Below, in pieces: positions 1 to 13,099 of a stretch of DNA of 64,000 nucleotides (its first letter is position 1; each line of letters opens with the position of its first letter). Both the position numbers and the translations under genes were made by a program. The stretch spans positions 46,010 to 110,009 of the forward strand of contig CAKSBF010000006.1 of assembly GCA_934438075.1 (NCBI GenBank), read 5' to 3'. This DNA comes from an uncultured Clostridia bacterium (GTDB lineage: Bacteria; Bacillota; Clostridia; UBA1381; UBA9506). The notes beneath the pieces are model-generated. The model searched no databases. It saw only the letters and a list, made by a program, of their open reading frames with translations, and was not told the origin of the DNA.

Positions 1-864
1 CGGGAACGGCCACAGTGTAATCGGGCGAACCAAACCGGCCTTAATGCCCTGTTTGCGCAGCTCCGCAATCGCATTTTTCGCAATACGCGCAGTGGAACCA
101 TACGCAGTAATCATGAAGTCGGCATCGTCCATTAAATATTCTTCTGCCATTGCCTCATGCTCTTTAATATAATCATATCTCTTATAACGCTCACGAACAC
201 AAGCCTCCAAATCGTCCGGATTCATAATAAGAGAATTAATAATATTATGCTCTCTTTTCATTTCCGTACCCGTTGTTGCCCAAGTTTTTTCAGGCAGCTT
301 ACGGCGCTCGCCAAGATCAAATTCAACCGGTTCCATCATCTGTCCCAGCATACCGTCACCGATAATCATAACCGGCATACGGTATAAGTCTGCCAAATCA
401 AATGCGTCAGCCGTCAGGTGAATAATCTCCTGCACAGAACTCGGCGCCAGTACAATCATCTGGTAATCGCCATGACCATGACCCTTTGTTGCCTGAAAAT
501 AATCAGACTGTGCCGGCTGAATACCACCCAATCCCGGACCCGCGCGGACAATGTTTACCACAACACAGGGCAAATCACAGCCTGCAATATAAGAAAGCGC
601 CTCCGCTTTTAAGCTGATACCGGGGCTGGAGGAGGAAGTCAGCGCACGTGCGCCTGCCCCCGCTGCTCCAAATACCATATTTGCAGCCGCTAATTCACTT
701 TCTGCCTGTAAAAATACGCCGCCGATTTTCGGCATACGCTTCGCCATATATGCGGCAATTTCTGTCTGCGGCGTAATAGGATAACCAAAATAATGCCGGC
801 AGCCGGAAAGAATGGCTGCTTCTGCCAGCGCTTCATTTCCTTTTACCAATACTTTTTCCGCCAT
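1..864 (-). CDS. 2-oxoacid:ferredoxin oxidoreductase alpha subunit (KorA/VorB family); N-terminal 288 codons only, the ORF runs off the left edge
   Basis: My own reverse translation from the ATG at 864 gives [36 protein letters not shown]... It is absent from the ORF track because it has no stop inside the window. It lies 36 nt downstream of a delta-type ferredoxin gene. Confidence 0.8.
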   Translation of the reverse strand, partial: MAEKVLVKGNEALAEAAILSGCRHYFGYPITPQTEIAAYMAKRMPKIGGVFLQAESELAAANMVFGAAGAGARALTSSSSPGISLKAEALSYIAGCDLPCVVVNIVRAGPGLGGIQPAQSDYFQATKGHGHGDYQMIVLAPSSVQEIIHLTADAFDLADLYRMPVMIIGDGMLGQMMEPVEFDLGERRKLPEKTWATTGTEMKREHNIINSLIMNPDDLEACVRERYKRYDYIKEHEAMAEEYLMDDADFMITAYGSTARIAKNAIAELRKQGIKAGLVRPITLWPFP

Positions 865-900
865 TTATTACAACTTCCTTTCCATTCAGATTGTCAAACT

Positions 901-1107
901 TTACCGAAATACCTCAATGACGCAGTCAGGGCACATAGTTGCACACATAGCGCAGCCCAGACATTTGTCCATTTCCAAAACCTCAACAGGACGAAAGCCC
1001 TTTGCGTTCATTCGCTCCTTTGCCACCACAATAATTTTTTTGGGGCAGGCGGTCATGCACAAATAGCAGCCTTTACATTTTTCTTCATCAAATACAACCT
1101 TTGCCAT
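901..1107 (-). CDS. 2x[4Fe-4S] ferredoxin (delta-type subunit of 2-oxoacid:ferredoxin oxidoreductase)
   Basis: 68 aa with two CxxCxxCxxxCP motifs (CKGCYLCMTACP, CLGCAMCATMCP). It sits immediately upstream of the alpha subunit. Confidence 0.85.
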   Translation of the reverse strand: MAKVVFDEEKCKGCYLCMTACPKKIIVVAKERMNAKGFRPVEVLEMDKCLGCAMCATMCPDCVIEVFR

Positions 1108-1131
1108 TTATAACACCTCCAAAACATAAGC

Positions 1132-1797
1132 TTAACAAAATCCTAAATCCAAATATCTTTCTAACGGAAACAACTTTTCCTGATACTTACTATCTATATT
1201 CTCTAAAGCCTCGGGCAAACCCGAAATATAACTTACAGGAACTCCGCACAGCGCCGCTGCCTCTTCCGCAACCCTCTGACCTCTCAGAATATCCTCCGCC
1301 GTAGTCAAATGCTGTAAATTAGAATTATTTACGAGTCCTGTTACAGAAAGCCGGCTCGCCGCTTCAACCTCCGCCAACACTTCACAAACCGACTGCGCAT
1401 CCTTCGTCAGCGGACGAAAGCTGTTTACGACGAACAGCATTTCGTAACCTTCCTCCTCGAACTGCTGATGAAATCTCCCTAAAACCACTGCACCGTCTTC
1501 GTCTCCGCCGACATCCAAAACCACCTCGGAGGATTGGTCGTCAAACAAAGATGCGATATTCGCCGGCAGCGCCGGAATATCCACATTGCTGCCTGCATAA
1601 GGCGAAGCCAAAACAGAAATACCTTTTTGCTTTAACAGTTCTTTTGCATCATTGGTTCTAAAATAAGGGTTGACAATATCTAAATCGGCAATTGTAACCT
1701 TTGCTCCCTTTTCCTTGAGTTTAACAGCATAATTTAAAGCGAACTCGGTTTTACCGCTACCATAATGCCCTACAATAATATGAATTCTTTTTCCCAT
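1132..1797 (-). CDS. P-loop NTPase of unknown role (MinD/ParA/CobQ-like)
   Basis: 221 aa with an N-terminal Walker A motif GHYGSGKTE. No further signature recognised. Confidence 0.6.
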   Translation of the reverse strand: MGKRIHIIVGHYGSGKTEFALNYAVKLKEKGAKVTIADLDIVNPYFRTNDAKELLKQKGISVLASPYAGSNVDIPALPANIASLFDDQSSEVVLDVGGDEDGAVVLGRFHQQFEEEGYEMLFVVNSFRPLTKDAQSVCEVLAEVEAASRLSVTGLVNNSNLQHLTTAEDILRGQRVAEEAAALCGVPVSYISGLPEALENIDSKYQEKLFPLERYLDLGFC

Positions 1798-1982
1798 TCA
1801 TTCACCGCTTTTCTACCTTCTACAATGAATTTATCCATACATCATTCTAAGTATATCACATTATATCAGTTCTGTACAGTACTATTTTGCATTTTACAGC
1901 AATTACCGCCAAAAACGAACATTTTTTCACAGCAAAAAACAGACGGATTATTCCGTCTGTTCCGATCGTTGAAAAAGTAAAT

Positions 1983-2213
1983 CTACTGGACAATTTCAAC
2001 CATAACTTTTTTGTTTTCATGGTTTGCAGCCGCTTTCATCACCGTGCGGATGGATTTTGCAATTCTTCCCTGCTTACCAATCACCTTGCCCATATCGCCG
2101 TCAGCTACACGAAGCTCCAAAAGGATGGAATGTTCATTCTCCTTTTCCGTTACCGCTACTGCATCCGGCTCGTCAACCAAGGCTTTCGCAATTACTTCGA
2201 GTAATTCTTTCAC
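1983..2213 (-). CDS. KH-domain RNA-binding protein (YlqC/UPF0109 family)
   Basis: 76 aa with the GXXG KH motif in GKVIGKQGRIAKSIR. It holds the conserved position after rpsP. Confidence 0.85.
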   Translation of the reverse strand: MKELLEVIAKALVDEPDAVAVTEKENEHSILLELRVADGDMGKVIGKQGRIAKSIRTVMKAAANHENKKVMVEIVQ

Positions 2214-2240
2214 AGTACATACCTCCTCACGCGAAACTTA

Positions 2241-2486
2241 TCAGTCGATAATTCCGCTTTTCTTCAGCAGGCCTTTTACCGTATCTGTCGGCTGTGCACC
2301 GTTTCCAAGCCACTTTTTAGCTTTTTCCGCATCAATTTTGATGTCAGACGGCTTTGTCAGCGGATTATAGGTTCCGATTTCCTCGATAAATCTTCCATCT
2401 CTCGGATATCTGGAATCAGCAACAACCACTCTGTAAAAAGGAGCTTTCTTTGCGCCCATTCTTCTCAATCTGATTTTAACTGCCAC
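2241..2486 (-). CDS. rpsP: 30S ribosomal protein S16
   Basis: 81 aa, [26 protein letters not shown]... is typical of S16. Synteny ffh-rpsP-KH. Confidence 0.95.
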   Translation of the reverse strand: MAVKIRLRRMGAKKAPFYRVVVADSRYPRDGRFIEEIGTYNPLTKPSDIKIDAEKAKKWLGNGAQPTDTVKGLLKKSGIID

Positions 2487-2590
2487 TATGTTTCACCTCC
2501 TGTATGTTCACAGCGCTCCATAAATATATGGCACTGTCATTCATGATAGCAAATTCATATAAATAAGCCTTTCGGCTCTATTTAACTCAA

Positions 2591-3937
2591 TTATTTTTTC
2601 TTCTTTTTCTTTCCGATTTTTTTCATGTGTCGTGCAAACCGACCGCCGGTCAATTGTTTCATCATTTGCTGCATCTGTTCAAACTGTTTTAGCAGGTTAT
2701 TCACCGCGTTAACATCATTACCGCTGCCCGCCGCAATTCTGCGTTTACGGCTTGCATTAATGATAGACGGGTCACTGCGTTCTTTCTCCGTCATAGAAGT
2801 AATAATCGCTTCAATACGAAGCAAACGCTTATCGTCTAAGTCAACATTTTCCAGCATTTTAGCATTGACACCCGGCAACATGGTGACCAACTGTGAAAGC
2901 GGACCCATTTTTTTCATCTGTTGCATTTGTGCCAGAAAGTCATTCAAATCAAACTGATTGCGTTTTATTTTTTCCTCCAACGCCGCCGCCGATTTTGCAT
3001 CAATCGCCTGCTCTGCCTTTTCAATCAGCGAAAGCACATCTCCGCTGCCCAAAATACGCGAAGCCATCCGTGCAGGATGAAATTCTTCCAAATCAGAAAG
3101 CTTTTCGCCGGTACCTGCAAATTTAATCGGCTTACCGGTCACCGCTTTTACAGACAGCGCCGCACCGCCGCGCGTGTCGCCGTCAAGTTTTGTCATCACA
3201 ACACCTGTAATCTCCAGGCGGTTATTAAACGTTTCCGCAACGTTCACGGCATCCTGCCCCGTCATGGCGTCAATCACCAACAAAATTTCTTCCGGGTGAA
3301 CTGCCGTCTTGACATCCTCCAGTTCCTGCATCAGATCATCATCTATATGCAGACGACCCGCGGTATCAATAATCACAAAATCATTACCGTGCGCCTTAGC
3401 ATGCTCCACCGCACGCGTTGCAATCTCCACTGCCGAAACCTCTGTCCCCAGCTGAAAAACAGGAACATCAATCTGTTTTCCTACTACCTCCAGCTGCTTG
3501 ATTGCTGCAGGACGGTAAATATCACACGCAACCAGAAGCGGACGCTTATTATGTTTTTTCCGCATATATCCGGCAAGCTTAGCACAAAAAGTTGTCTTAC
3601 CGGCGCCCTGAAGACCAGCCATCATAACTACGGTAGGCGAACCTTTACCAAATTCCAGCCTGCTGTTTTCGCCGCCCATTAAAAGAGTCAATTCATCATT
3701 TACAATCTTAACTATCTGCTGTCCCGGTGTAAGACTTTCCAATACATCCGCGCCCACCGCACGCTCCGACACCTTTGCGACAAAATCTTTTACTACACGG
3801 AAGTTAACATCTGCTTCCAAAAGGGCAAGTTTAATCTCCCTCATTGACTCCTTAATGTCTTTTTCCGTGACCACGCCCTTGCCGCGCAGCTTTTTAAAAG
3901 CCTGAGTCAGTTTTTCCGATAAATTTTCAAAAGCCAC
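2591..3937 (-). CDS. ffh: Signal recognition particle protein Ffh
   Basis: 448 aa with GTPase motifs GLQGAGKTT, DTAGR and TKLDGD, a Met-rich M domain and a basic C-terminal tail. Confidence 0.95.
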   Translation of the reverse strand: MAFENLSEKLTQAFKKLRGKGVVTEKDIKESMREIKLALLEADVNFRVVKDFVAKVSERAVGADVLESLTPGQQIVKIVNDELTLLMGGENSRLEFGKGSPTVVMMAGLQGAGKTTFCAKLAGYMRKKHNKRPLLVACDIYRPAAIKQLEVVGKQIDVPVFQLGTEVSAVEIATRAVEHAKAHGNDFVIIDTAGRLHIDDDLMQELEDVKTAVHPEEILLVIDAMTGQDAVNVAETFNNRLEITGVVMTKLDGDTRGGAALSVKAVTGKPIKFAGTGEKLSDLEEFHPARMASRILGSGDVLSLIEKAEQAIDAKSAAALEEKIKRNQFDLNDFLAQMQQMKKMGPLSQLVTMLPGVNAKMLENVDLDDKRLLRIEAIITSMTEKERSDPSIINASRKRRIAAGSGNDVNAVNNLLKQFEQMQQMMKQLTGGRFARHMKKIGKKKKKK

Positions 3938-3963
3938 GACAATGCGCCTCCCTCAAGTAAAAT

Positions 3964-4332
3964 TTACAGCTCCGCACGAATCTTAGCCAGACGCTCTGAC
4001 AGTTCCTTCATCGCAACTGCCAGTTTATGCGAATGTACATACATATTTTCATACTGCCGCATTGATTCTAAAAGTGCTGTTGAATCGTCCAGTCTTTCGC
4101 CGATTTTCATAAAACGTTTTACCAGACCGAGCTTCTCTTCCAACTCATACAGCTGTTTTTCACCGCGCTTAATGTTATCGCGCACACCCTGGCGGCTGAT
4201 TCCAAGCGGTTCGGCAATCTCGGCAAGTGATAAATCTTCATTATAATAAAGCTCTATCGCTTCGGCCTGCTTTTCCGTCAGCATGTCCCCGTAAAAATCA
4301 TATAACATCGCCACGGTCATATCTTTGCTCAC
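3964..4332 (-). CDS. ylxM: YlxM/UPF0122 putative DNA-binding protein (SRP operon)
   Basis: Contains MLYDFYGDMLTEKQ...LSLAEIAEPLGISRQGVRDNIKRGE. The track ORF extends to 4407. I prefer GTG at 4332 (GGGGTGA RBS 5 nt upstream) or ATG at 4320, so the start is uncertain. Confidence 0.75.
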   Translation of the reverse strand: MSKDMTVAMLYDFYGDMLTEKQAEAIELYYNEDLSLAEIAEPLGISRQGVRDNIKRGEKQLYELEEKLGLVKRFMKIGERLDDSTALLESMRQYENMYVHSHKLAVAMKELSERLAKIRAEL

Positions 4333-4496
4333 GAAAATCACCCCGTCTGTCCGTTTCGGTGTAAAGGCATATGCCTGAACACCTATACTATTGTAAACGA
4401 TTTTCAAAGAAATGTCAAGCCTTTTTTACATTTTATTTTTATTTCATACAAAAAGAACTTCAGCAAAATGGTTATGCTTTGCTGAAGCTCTCTTCT

Positions 4497-7334
<2,838 letters not shown>

Positions 7335-7506
7335 TCAGACTCAAAATAATTGTAGCAGATAAAAAGAAAGGAATACAGAGATGTTTTTGCGCAATTTCTG
7401 GTACAAAATTGCTTTTTTAATTCTATTATATTCAATTTAGCTTGATTTTCTGGTATAAATATGTTATTCTTGCAGTAATACTGTACATATTCCGGAGGGA
7501 ACACTT

Positions 7507-8325
7507 ATGATTTCCATTTACAAATCAGATACCAACCGGCTTACAACCGCCGCTGCACCGTTTTACGCCGCCGAATGCGGCATTTCGGTAATCAACAAAA
7601 GTGACTATTTTTTTGTCCGCCCCCAAGGCCGGACGGATTACCATTTAATTTATTTTACACAGGGCAAGGGCGAGATCTTAACCGCAAACGGGTATGTCCC
7701 ACTCAAAGCAGGCGGCTTTATTCTTTTGCCGCCGCGCCAAAGACATGGTTACCGCATATATCATAAAGATAACGCTGTTTATTATTGGATTCACTTTGAC
7801 GGGCTGTGTGCAGATAAAATTATAAATGATTTTCACTTGCCATATAACACTGCTTTACATGCCGGTATATCATCTGAGATTATACAATTATTTGAAAATA
7901 TTATCTCTGAAATGCAAATACAGCAAAATGCCCATGCCGAAATTTGCAGTGCATATCTTCTGCATATGATTGCGCTTTTTTCAAGAAAATATAATACACC
8001 GCACACAGAACACTCGATAGAAACCGCCGCCCGTTTGATTCGCACAAATCTGCAAAATAATATTACCTCCGCAGAGCTTGCGGAAGCATGCGGCTACAGC
8101 GAATATCACTTTATACGTCTCTTTAAGCAGGTCTTTGGAACAACCCCTTCTGCATACCGCAACCGTCTGCGCATTGAAAATGCCTGTGCACTGATAGCAA
8201 ATTCCCCATATTCTTTCGCAGAAATTTCAGAAACATTGGGATTTTGCGACCCGTCCCATTTTACAAAAATTTTCAAAAAATTTAAAGGGTGTTCACCGCA
8301 AAGCTACCGGAAAAGCCTTCCATAA
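7507..8325 (+). CDS. AraC-family transcriptional regulator (cupin sensor plus HTH)
   Basis: 272 aa with a C-terminal AraC HTH pair (ITSAELAEACGYSEYHFIRLFK, SFAEISETLGFCDPSHFTKIFKK). Divergent from the GH2 gene. Confidence 0.85.
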   Translation: MISIYKSDTNRLTTAAAPFYAAECGISVINKSDYFFVRPQGRTDYHLIYFTQGKGEILTANGYVPLKAGGFILLPPRQRHGYRIYHKDNAVYYWIHFDGLCADKIINDFHLPYNTALHAGISSEIIQLFENIISEMQIQQNAHAEICSAYLLHMIALFSRKYNTPHTEHSIETAARLIRTNLQNNITSAELAEACGYSEYHFIRLFKQVFGTTPSAYRNRLRIENACALIANSPYSFAEISETLGFCDPSHFTKIFKKFKGCSPQSYRKSLP

Positions 8326-8371
8326 GCCCTCGCAAACACCCTTTTACAGCAAATATAAATAAATTTGAAAA

Positions 8372-9181
8372 TTACCGATCCAATTTTTCGTGCGATGCCG
8401 CCACAACCATTTTAGCTGCGCTCTGCTTTTCTATTGCACTTGCCGTCCCTTTTCTCAAATATGCTAAATATTCGATATTGCCCTCCGGTCCCTTTACGGG
8501 CGAAAAGTCAAGACCCATTACACCAAAACCAATTTCCTCCGCTATGCCGCATACACGGCGGACCACCTCTTCGTGCACAGCCGGGTCACGGACAACACCT
8601 TTTTTCCCAACTTTTTCCTTACCCGCTTCAAACTGCGGTTTAATTAACGCCACCGCTTCCCCTTCTTCCCGCAGAAGCGAAAATACCACAGGAAGCACCA
8701 ACCCCAGGGAAATAAACGCTACATCAATGGAAATAAAATCAAGTGCTTCACTAATCTGCTCCGCTGTAACATGCCGGATATTGGTGCGCTCCATATTCAC
8801 TACGCGCTCATCCGTGCGCAGATTCCACGCAAGCTGCCCATAGCCCACATCCACCGCATAGACCCTTTGTGCCCCGTTTTGCAGCATGCAATCTGTAAAG
8901 CCGCCTGTGGAGGCTCCGACATCCATACATACTGCGCCATCTAAAGCAATCGGAAAAGACTGCATCGCCTTTTCAAGCTTTAAACCGCCGCGGCTTACAT
9001 AACGCAGCGTACTGCCCCGCACCTCAACCTTCTGTCCGGGCGCGACCGTCATGCCGGCCTTGTCACATTTCTGCTCATCCACGAATACAATTCCCGACAT
9101 AATAATCGCCTTTGCTTTTTCCCTGCTCGGCGCTAGACCGTGTTCTGTCAAATATACATCCAGACGTACTTTTTCCGTCAA
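8372..9181 (-). CDS. tlyA: TlyA-family 16S/23S rRNA 2'-O-methyltransferase
   Basis: S4 domain (RLDVYLTEHGLAPSREKAKAII) plus an FtsJ-like SAM motif DVGASTGGFTD. The track ORF (to 9280) overlaps nth. TTG at 9181 is preceded by GGGGAG and gives a normal-length protein. Confidence 0.8.
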   Translation of the reverse strand: MTEKVRLDVYLTEHGLAPSREKAKAIIMSGIVFVDEQKCDKAGMTVAPGQKVEVRGSTLRYVSRGGLKLEKAMQSFPIALDGAVCMDVGASTGGFTDCMLQNGAQRVYAVDVGYGQLAWNLRTDERVVNMERTNIRHVTAEQISEALDFISIDVAFISLGLVLPVVFSLLREEGEAVALIKPQFEAGKEKVGKKGVVRDPAVHEEVVRRVCGIAEEIGFGVMGLDFSPVKGPEGNIEYLAYLRKGTASAIEKQSAAKMVVAASHEKLDR

Positions 9182-9195
9182 ACATGCTCTCCCCT

Positions 9196-9840
9196 TTATT
9201 TTTGCTTTTGTTCTTTTATCGCAAAGTCGCACATTGGCGCCAGCGGACACTCCCCGCAGCGAGGACGTCTTGCAACGCACAAATTACGCCCGTGTTCTAC
9301 CATTTGATGGCAAAAAGTCGAAGAATAATCCGGCGGCAAAATCTTTACCAAATCCTTTTCAATCTTTGCAGGATCGGTATTTTTTGTCAAGCCCAGCAAA
9401 TATGTAATGCGTTTGCAGTGCGTATCCACTACCACAGCCGGCTTACCAAACACATCTCCCAAAACCAGATTGGCAATTTTTCTGCCAACCCCCGGCAGCC
9501 GAAGCAAATCCTCCATATTATCCGGCACTTCGCCGCCATATTCTGCACACAAAACCTGTCCGCACTTTTTTAAATTTTTTGCTTTATTATGATAAAATCC
9601 CGTAGAGCGGACTAATTCCTCCAGCTCGCTGACATCTGCCGCCGCAAAGGCCGCTGCATCAGGAAAACGTGCAAACAGTGCCGGCGTCACCATGTTAACC
9701 CGTGCGTCAGTGCATTGTGCGGCAAGCTGTGCCGCAACTACCAGCCGAAACGGATCCTGATAATCTAGCGTGCACGGCGCTTCACCATACAATTTTCCAA
9801 GCTTTTCGCGGTAAAATTCTACTTTTTGTTTTTTGGTCAT
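9196..9840 (-). CDS. nth: Endonuclease III
   Basis: 214 aa with an HhH-GPD region (LPGVGRKIANLVL) and a C-terminal FeS cluster CVARRPRCGECPLAPMC. Confidence 0.9.
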   Translation of the reverse strand: MTKKQKVEFYREKLGKLYGEAPCTLDYQDPFRLVVAAQLAAQCTDARVNMVTPALFARFPDAAAFAAADVSELEELVRSTGFYHNKAKNLKKCGQVLCAEYGGEVPDNMEDLLRLPGVGRKIANLVLGDVFGKPAVVVDTHCKRITYLLGLTKNTDPAKIEKDLVKILPPDYSSTFCHQMVEHGRNLCVARRPRCGECPLAPMCDFAIKEQKQK

Positions 9841-9853
9841 GCTGCGCCTCCCA

Positions 9854-12184
9854 CTATTCTAAAATCTGCCGCATTTCGTAGCTGACCTCTTCACCGTTTA
9901 CCGTTACCTGTACATACTTCACATAAGAAATATTATTTGCCGGCGGTTTTAAACCAATGCTCGGAAATACTCCTGCCGTACCAATGTAACGAACTCCGTT
10001 TTCCATATAGTTTTCATTTTTATATCCGCCGTAAAATACATACACATTTTTTCCCGCCGATGCCGCCTGCTCTACAATTTTGTGAAACTCATTCACTTCT
10101 GTCTCATTGCTTGATATGTTCCCCTTTTGCAGGAAAATAAATGCATTACCGCCAGCCAAGGTATTCATATCATAACGGAATTTTGACCATTGTGCAAAAT
10201 CTCCGCTGCTGATAGTCCCTCCCGAATTATCCAGCGTGATAAAGGTGCTGTTGCCATGGGTAAACTTCTGATAAGACTGTGCCGTAAAATAATTACCCGC
10301 AAGATTGCCAAGCGTTGACGCATCCGTTTCACCGCCGACAAATGCATGCAAAGAGCCATTTTCACTCATCTCCGTTGTTGCACGGTTCATAATAAACAAA
10401 TCAAACAGCTTGGCAGGCGTTCTGGTATTGCCAAACACCGTAAAGCAAAAACCGCCGTCTGTCAGTTCCGCACTTTTATTCTGTGGGTCTGCAATTTGCT
10501 TATTTTCAGGAATACTGATTGTCTCCGCGCCGTCAACCATCAACGCCATATTCGCACTGACCGCTCCAAAATTTGCAGTAATCACCGTAGCTCCGCTGCT
10601 CTTTGCTGTAACGCGGTTGCCATTTTGGTCTGCAATCGGGTTTGCAATTACCAAATCAGTATCCTTCGGATATATTTCAGCCTTTCTGCCGTTCGAATCC
10701 CAGCCGCACAGCCACAGCATTGTCGTTTCGCCGGTACCTATTTTCACCTTTTCATTCGTAAATTTCATACGGTTCGGCGCATCCAGTACATTTAGAGCAA
10801 GCGTTGCCGAAAAATCACCGTATACAGCCTTAATGAACACGTTCCCCGTTTCGGTCGGATAATACATATCTCCCTGCATGCTTCCGTTTCCTTCCGCAAC
10901 ACTCCATTGAATATTCTCCGTGTTAAGTTCTACCTTCTGCCCATATTTATCATAGCCCTCAAGCCATACCCAACGCGATGTATTACGAAATACATTAGTA
11001 TCATCCGTCTTTATTTCAATCCTTGCAAGATCAGAAAGAGGAGTGTCCGCAATAATTCCTATAGAGTTGGTTACTGCACGTCTGCTCCCATCTGAAGGCT
11101 TATTTGCCGCCTGCTGCACTCCATCCTTTTTCACTGCCATTAATGTAGAACCGCCGCCATCCAGGTTTAATGCGCTGTAACAACCCAGATCCCTCATCAA
11201 CTGCCCAAGCTGTGTCTGTGTCATGCCTTTGGCGTCACCTCTTCTGCCATCTACAGCAACCAAGGTAATAATTTTTCCGGTTTCATCGATTCCGACAGCA
11301 CTGCGTGGATTGTATCCCGAAATATTGTGCGAAAATTTAGAGGGTACAACACCTTCTGCTAAAATAATGGCACCGCCGCCGACCGCTGTCTCTATCTTTT
11401 GGTAGTCCGGTGTGGTCACAACATCAATTGTAACTTTGTCTCCTACCTGAAGATTATCATCAATGAAAGTATTTTTTGTAAGATTGGAAGTCAATATGCA
11501 GCCGCCCTGCGGAATATCTGCGGGCTCGCTGTCCCAGCGTTTATCCGTCACGACCCCTTCCGCATTGACCACAATTTCCTGCACAGCGCCATATGCACCC
11601 AAAGATTTACTATTCCATGCATCGGTATACATGACAAGACCATTCATATCATCATATTTGTTCAGCGCAGAAACCTTCTCACTCACACCATTCGGTGCTG
11701 TAACGGTGATATCAAACGAGAAATTATTTAAGTACAGTGCACCGTCTTCCTTAAGCTGATACAGCACATTCATTGCCTCTGCCGTTGCGGAAGTGGATTT
11801 TAATTCACCATCTGAAATTTCCATTCCAACCGGTGAACCACGTCCTGCCGCACCACGCTTTGCCGCAAAGAAATCAGCATTAATCGCCGCTACTGCATCA
11901 TTTGCCTGCGCCGAAGTCAACGTATCTTGTAAAAATGATACACCCCGTGCGTCGCGCAACACTTTAAATTTCAAATGTTCCTCGTTTAAATCCGCGCGCA
12001 CCACATGGATATCCTGCCACCCGGCATCATCCAACCGTTTTATGTGCTGATAGGTCACACCCTTCACCAGTGTGCTTTCCTCTGTAGTCTCTTCAAGATA
12101 GACCTCTGCAGAAATCATCGGCAGCGATCCAATCAACAACACACCTACTGCCAAAATTGATATTATTTGCTTCCATTTCTTCAT
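9854..12184 (-). CDS. Secreted phosphodiester glycosidase (NAGPA/DUF2233) family protein with C-terminal beta-sandwich and other domains
   Basis: 776 aa with a signal peptide MKKWKQIISILAVGVLLIGSLPMISA. Contains INADFF... and NPRSAVGIDETGKIITLVAVDGRR...LNLDGGGST blocks typical of the family. Confidence 0.7.
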   Translation of the reverse strand: MKKWKQIISILAVGVLLIGSLPMISAEVYLEETTEESTLVKGVTYQHIKRLDDAGWQDIHVVRADLNEEHLKFKVLRDARGVSFLQDTLTSAQANDAVAAINADFFAAKRGAAGRGSPVGMEISDGELKSTSATAEAMNVLYQLKEDGALYLNNFSFDITVTAPNGVSEKVSALNKYDDMNGLVMYTDAWNSKSLGAYGAVQEIVVNAEGVVTDKRWDSEPADIPQGGCILTSNLTKNTFIDDNLQVGDKVTIDVVTTPDYQKIETAVGGGAIILAEGVVPSKFSHNISGYNPRSAVGIDETGKIITLVAVDGRRGDAKGMTQTQLGQLMRDLGCYSALNLDGGGSTLMAVKKDGVQQAANKPSDGSRRAVTNSIGIIADTPLSDLARIEIKTDDTNVFRNTSRWVWLEGYDKYGQKVELNTENIQWSVAEGNGSMQGDMYYPTETGNVFIKAVYGDFSATLALNVLDAPNRMKFTNEKVKIGTGETTMLWLCGWDSNGRKAEIYPKDTDLVIANPIADQNGNRVTAKSSGATVITANFGAVSANMALMVDGAETISIPENKQIADPQNKSAELTDGGFCFTVFGNTRTPAKLFDLFIMNRATTEMSENGSLHAFVGGETDASTLGNLAGNYFTAQSYQKFTHGNSTFITLDNSGGTISSGDFAQWSKFRYDMNTLAGGNAFIFLQKGNISSNETEVNEFHKIVEQAASAGKNVYVFYGGYKNENYMENGVRYIGTAGVFPSIGLKPPANNISYVKYVQVTVNGEEVSYEMRQILE

Positions 12185-12199
12185 TTGTTTCTCCTTAGA

Positions 12200-13072
12200 C
12201 TATTTCCTGTTTACAATCTTTTTTAAATATTCCATAAATTCGGCAGAAAGGTCATCCCTTCTCAAGGCATATTCTACCGTTGCTTCTAAAAATCCCATTT
12301 TATTGCCGACGTCATATCTGCGTCCGATAAAGTCATAAGCATACATTGCCTGTTCCTTTGCCAGTGTTTTCAGCGCATCTGTCAGCTGAATTTCCCCACC
12401 GGCACCGGGTTTGGTCTTTTCCAGATGAGCAAATATTTCAGGCGTTATGATATATCTGCCCAAAACCGCCACATTAGTCGGCGCTTCCTCTCTCTTAGGT
12501 TTTTCCACCATGTCATTTACACGCCACATACGCTCTGCAACCTGACTGCCGGAAACAATGCCATACTTACTAACCTCACTTTCCGGTACTGTCTGAACAC
12601 CTAAAATGCTTGCATTGTACTCTTCAAATTTTTCTATCATCTGTGCCAGACACGGTTTTTCCGCATACACCACGTCATCTCCCAAAAGCACCGCAAATGG
12701 TTCGCCTGCCGCAAAGGATTTTGCACATAAAATTGCATGTCCCAAACCTTTCGCTTCTGCCTGGCGCACATATTGAATATTCATCATGGAACGAATGGCG
12801 GTGAGTTCTTCCAGCTGCGCAATTTTCCCGCTCTTCTCCAATTCATTTTCCAATTCATATGACTTGTCAAAATGATCCTCAATCGCCTTTTTTGTGCGGC
12901 TGGTGATAATCAGCAAATCTGTAATCCCCGCTGCCGCCGCCTCCTCTATGATATACTGAATGGTCGGCTTGTCCACAATCGGAAGCATTTCCTTCGGAAC
13001 AGCCTTTGTTGCAGGCAAAAACCGGGTTCCCAACCCTGCCGCCGGTATCACCGCTTTTGTAATCTTTGTCAT
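12200..13072 (-). CDS. galU: UTP--glucose-1-phosphate uridylyltransferase
   Basis: 290 aa with AAGLGTRFLPATKAVPKEMLP at the N-terminus. Confidence 0.9.
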   Translation of the reverse strand: MTKITKAVIPAAGLGTRFLPATKAVPKEMLPIVDKPTIQYIIEEAAAAGITDLLIITSRTKKAIEDHFDKSYELENELEKSGKIAQLEELTAIRSMMNIQYVRQAEAKGLGHAILCAKSFAAGEPFAVLLGDDVVYAEKPCLAQMIEKFEEYNASILGVQTVPESEVSKYGIVSGSQVAERMWRVNDMVEKPKREEAPTNVAVLGRYIITPEIFAHLEKTKPGAGGEIQLTDALKTLAKEQAMYAYDFIGRRYDVGNKMGFLEATVEYALRRDDLSAEFMEYLKKIVNRK

Positions 13073-13099
13073 AATTCTCCCTCCGTCAATAAAAATAAT

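Noticed and set aside
2591-2640. Poly-lysine C-terminus of Ffh (KKIGKKKKKK) as a possible slippery or frameshift site
   Set aside because: Basic C-terminal tails are normal for Ffh M domains. The ORF terminates cleanly and no alternative-frame extension looks coding.
2921-3682. 253-aa plus-strand ORF antisense to ffh. Similar long antisense ORFs occur at 5118-6023 (vs GH2), 42130-43194 (vs hdrA), 47765-48667 (vs pckA), 45318-46004 (vs fumC/mdh) and 8289-8843 (vs tlyA).
   Set aside because: These are shadow ORFs opposite confidently identified genes. They have Arg/Cys/His-rich composition, no motifs and no RBS.
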